A stretch of 32,000 nucleotides of DNA from Desulfotalea psychrophila LSv54 (lineage in GTDB: Bacteria; Desulfobacterota; Desulfobulbia; Desulfobulbales; Desulfocapsaceae), in contig NC_006138.1 of NCBI RefSeq assembly GCF_000025945.1, positions 720,001-752,000 on the forward strand, written 5' to 3'. Every line of letters starts with the position of its first letter. Positions within the stretch are counted from its first letter, which is position 1. Under the pieces are notes generated by a model that was not told the origin of the DNA, did no database searches, and saw only the letters and a list, made by a program, of their open reading frames with translations. Positions 28,590-32,000 of this stretch are shown here, piece by piece. The position numbers and the translations under genes are program-made.

Positions 28590-31253
28590 CTAAAGCTTGT
28601 TTATCTGCACTGCACAGATCTTAGTCCCCGGTGTCTTGGCCACGGGATCAAGGGCACCCGAGGTCAGCATATTGGTCGGAGTTTCGGAAAAGTGAAAGGA
28701 CATGGATACGCTACCGGGACGACATGAGTCATTAATTTCGACAGCCACCTTAACAGCCCCCCTGCGGGAACGAACCTCCACAATCTCGCCATCCGTCAGT
28801 GAAAATTTTTCTGCATCCTCTGGGTGAATAATAAGATTTTCTCCGCGATCAAGGACATTGAGGCCAAATACCCTTCTGGTCATGGTTCCATGAAAGTGAA
28901 AGAGGCTGCGGTCCGTGTTGAGGAGAAGTGGATATTTCTTATCCACCTGTTCCGTGGTTTTTCTCGTCTTCAGGGGCATAAAACGTGCCCTGCCGTTGGC
29001 TGTGGCAAAACGCTCGGCATGGAGGAACTTGGTGCCCGGATGATCGGTGCTGGGACATGGCCACTGCAGGGTGCCATGCTGGAGTCGGTCATAGTTAATT
29101 CCCGCATAGTTGGGAATAGTGGCGGAAATCTCTTCCATGATCTGTTCCGGTCCCTCATGGTCAAAGCCCTTTGCTCCCATCCTTGTCGCAATCTCTTTAA
29201 TGATCCACCAATCGGGCCGTGAATCACCCACCGGTTCAATTGCCTGGCGTACCCGTTGCACCCGTCGTTCGGTGTTGGTGAAGGTACCGTCCTTTTCTGC
29301 AAAGCTGCTGGCGGGTAAGATGACGTCTGCCAGTTCAGCTGTCTCAGAAAAGAAGATGTCTTGAACTACCAGGAATTTTGCCCTGTTCATGGCCTCGATG
29401 GCATGGCTGGCATTGGCCTCACTGAGTACGGGGTTTTCACCGATGAGATAAACGGATTTGATGGAGCCATCGTAGAGGCCGTCAAAGATCTCTGTATGGG
29501 TCTTGCCCGGCACTGCGGAAAGCGATGTCTGCCACTTCTCTTCAAAGGCTGCCGTGTTGTTGACAACTTTTTGATAGCCTGGATAGACGTCGGGGAGGGC
29601 TCCCATATCACAGGATCCCTGCACATTGTTTTGCCCGCGCAGGGGATTAACGCCCGTTGACTCCTTGCCTACGTTTCCGGTAAGTAGGGCGAGATTACTG
29701 GTGGCAAGAACATTGTCGGTGCCGTGTACATGTTGGGTGATGCCCATGCAGTAGAGAATTGTGGCAGGTGACTCTGTTGCGTAGCAGAGGGCTGCCTCTC
29801 GGATTGTTTCGGCTGGGATTCCTGTGAGTTCTGCCACATCCTCCAGTTCGAATTGTTGCAGGGAGGCGAGGAAGGCAGGGTAGTTTTCACAGCGTTCTTC
29901 GATGAACTCCTTATCAATCAGGTCTTCCTCTACGATAATGCGCATCATTGTCATCAGCAGTGGAATGTCGGAACCCGGGGTATTCTGCAGGAAGATATGG
30001 GCATGTTTACAGAGATCAATTCTTTTCGGATTGATAACAATCAGCTTTGCGCCTCGGCGAACAGCATCCTTTATCTGCAGGGCGATAATTGGATGGGCGG
30101 CGGTGGTATTGGTACCAATCGCCAGGATTACCTGAGCATCGCCAATTTCGGCAATGGAGTTTGTCATTGCGCCGCTTCCAAAAGCAGTGGCCAGACCGGC
30201 CACGGTGGGAGCGTGTCACAAACGGGCGCAGTGATCTATATTGTTGGTTTTCATCACCGTGCGGGTAAATTTTTGCAGGAGGTAGTTTTCCTCGTTGGTG
30301 CATTTGGCAGAGGAGACTGCGGCAAAGCTATCACCCTTGTTCTTGGCAAAATTGTCGGCAATGAGATCAAGGGCCTCATCCCAGCTTACCGGCACAAAAC
30401 CTTCGGGCCTGCGCACCATGGGGGTGGTGAGTCGTTCCTTTGAGTTGACATAGTTAAAACCAAAGCGGCCCTTAACGCAGAGGCGGCCCCTATTGGCTGG
30501 ATTACCATGTTCGCCCCGGGCGCTTACTATCTTGTTATCGCGTACCCCCAGATCAAGTCCACATCCACAGCCACAGTAGGCGCAGACGGTTTTAACCCAG
30601 TGGCTCGGCTTAACATAATCTTTTTCAGTAAGGGCTCCCACCGGACAGCGGGCAACACATTCTCCGCAGGATTCGCAGTTAGAGAGGATCCTGGCCTTGT
30701 CGCCAAAACCGGCTACCTTGGTTGTCAGACCACGGTAGGCAAAGTCGATGGCGTTGATGTTTTGCAATTCGTCACAGGTACGTATGCAGATACCGCAGAG
30801 CACGCATCTATTGGGATCGAAGTCAAAAAACGGGTTGGAGTCATCTATGGGCAGAAGTACCTCCGGCTTTTTCAGGCGAGCCAGATGTTTTTTGTTCACC
30901 CCGATATAGTCTGCTGCCTGCTGGAGTTTGCAGGTGGTGTTGCGGGCACAGGCCAGACAGTCCATGTCATGGTCGGCAATGAGCAGTTCAATGGCAATTT
31001 TTCGGGTTTTGGCAATTGTCTCTGTCTCTGTCTCAATGACCATGCCTTCTTCCACGGGGGTCTTGCAGGAGAGGGCATCCCAACGACCGTTTACCCGCAC
31101 GGTGCAGAGGCGACAGGCTCCCACTGGTTCGAGATCGTTATGGTAGCAGAGATGGGGGATATAGATTCCCTTCTGCAGGGCAGCCTGGAGGACATAGCTC
31201 CCCTCGGGGGCAGTTACGGAACGGCCGTTAATCGTTAGTGTTACTTTCTTCAT
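28590..31253 (-). CDS. fdhA: Selenocysteine-containing formate dehydrogenase alpha subunit with NuoG-like N-terminal ferredoxin/[4Fe-4S] domains
   Basis: ORF 30216..31253 ends ...MKTNNIDHCARL then TGA, and the same frame continues HAPTVAGLATAFGSGAMTNSIAEIG... to 28590. N-terminal 2Fe-2S (CYHNDLEPVGACRLC) and two 4Fe-4S clusters; molybdopterin oxidoreductase core VCAYCGCGCGLDL. Confidence 0.95.
28591..28667. repeat. Copy B of direct repeat; authentic 3' end of fdhA
   Basis: TAAAGCTTGTTTATCTGCACTGCACAGATCTTAGTCCCCGGTGTCTTGGCCACGGGATCAAGGGCACCCGAGGTCAG; minus strand encodes LTSGALDPVAKTPGTKICAVQINKL*. Confidence 0.93.
30187..30218 (-). promoter_or_regulatory. UGA selenocysteine codon (30216-30218) and bacterial SECIS-like stem-loop (30187-30203)
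   Basis: mRNA: UGA CACGCUCCCACC GUGGCC-GGUCU-GGCCAC; 6-bp perfect stem with GGUCU loop at the spacing seen in E. coli fdhF SECIS. Confidence 0.88.
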
Positions 31254-31256
31254 ATA

Positions 31257-32000
31257 TTATTCTCCCAACCCATTACCGGGGATGCAGCTAACTGCGGCCC
31301 ATTTTTTCGGACATTTTTCCAGACAAACTCCGCAACGGATACAGAGTGCTTGGTCGATTTGATGTACCTGTCTCTTTTCGCCACTGATGGCCGAGACAGG
31401 GCAGGCCCTGGCGCAGGCAGTACAGCCTGTGCATTTTTCAGGGTCGATGTGAAAAGAGATAAGGTCTTTGCATGCACATGCGGGACAGGCCTTGTCGCGG
31501 ATATGAGCCTCGTACTCGTCTCTAAAATATTTAATGGTGGTGAGAACGGGGTTTGCTGCACTCTTGCCCAGTCCGCAGAGAGAACCAGCGTTAACTGCCT
31601 CGCCCACCTCAAGAAGTAGCTCTATGTCTCCCTCTTTGCCGCGACCGGCGACAATATCTTCAAGGATGTTGAGCATCTGTTTGGTGCCAAGCTTGCAGAG
31701 GGTGCACTGGCCGCAGGACTCTTTTTGGGTGAAATCGAGAAAATATCGGGCAATGTCCACCATACAGGTTGACTCATCCATGACCACCAGTCCACCGGAG
31801 CCCATCATGGCCCCGGCAGAAACCAGAGAGTCATAATCCACAGGGGTATCAAGGGTGTGGGCGGGAAGGCAGCCACCGGAGGGGCCACCGGATTGAATGG
31901 CCTTGAAGGGACTTTCACCGACCATCCCACCACCCAGCTCAAAGACGATTTCACGCAGGGTGGTGCCCATGGGGACTTCGATGAGTCCGCAGTGCTTGAC
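31257..32000 (-). CDS. NADH dehydrogenase 51 kDa-like (NuoF/HndC-type) subunit with C-terminal 2x[4Fe-4S] ferredoxin domain, 5' end outside window
   Basis: Open to the window edge (VKHCGLIEVPMGTTLREIVFELGGGM...ESCGQCTLCKLGTKQMLNILEDI...CTGCTACARACPVSAI...CIRCGVCLEKCP). Confidence 0.9.
   Translation of the reverse strand, partial: VKHCGLIEVPMGTTLREIVFELGGGMVGESPFKAIQSGGPSGGCLPAHTLDTPVDYDSLVSAGAMMGSGGLVVMDESTCMVDIARYFLDFTQKESCGQCTLCKLGTKQMLNILEDIVAGRGKEGDIELLLEVGEAVNAGSLCGLGKSAANPVLTTIKYFRDEYEAHIRDKACPACACKDLISFHIDPEKCTGCTACARACPVSAISGEKRQVHQIDQALCIRCGVCLEKCPKKWAAVSCIPGNGLGE

Noticed and set aside
28323-28727. 134-aa ORF as a complete protein
   Set aside because: The frame crosses a strong terminator and continues antisense into fdhA. 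Only the repeat part, if any, could be meaningful, so it is reported as a finding and not as a CDS.
30507-31238. 243-aa plus-strand ORF
   Set aside because: Antisense to the conserved iron-sulfur N-terminus of fdhA; shadow ORF.

Overview
The window looks like ordinary housekeeping DNA from a Gram-negative, probably deltaproteobacterial/Desulfobulbaceae-like, genome (organism is an inference). In order it holds: an edge-truncated alpha/beta-hydrolase missing from the ORF track; tRNA-Pro(GGG) and tRNA-Asn(GTT); an SDR oxidoreductase; an NDP-forming acyl-CoA synthetase next to a CoA-transferase/GNAT fusion; citramalate synthase; malate dehydrogenase; a DUF1456 protein; a PilZ protein with a 9-bp tandem repeat; a decayed IS1182-like transposase; minCDE; nhaA; an EamA transporter; upp; a frameshifted uraA-like permease; a transketolase; a DUF2293-like protein; and a BMP-family nucleoside ABC transporter operon with an embedded gpt. 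It ends with a formate dehydrogenase alpha subunit split across two listed ORFs by an in-frame UGA, followed immediately by a SECIS-like hairpin, and a partial NuoF/HndC-like subunit. The least explained segment is 28128-28667. There, a degenerate 38-42 bp tandem array ends in a strong plus-strand terminator and is bracketed by two direct copies of the fdhA 3' tail. No CRISPR, prophage or recognisable defence system was seen, and I cannot claim a proven new system.
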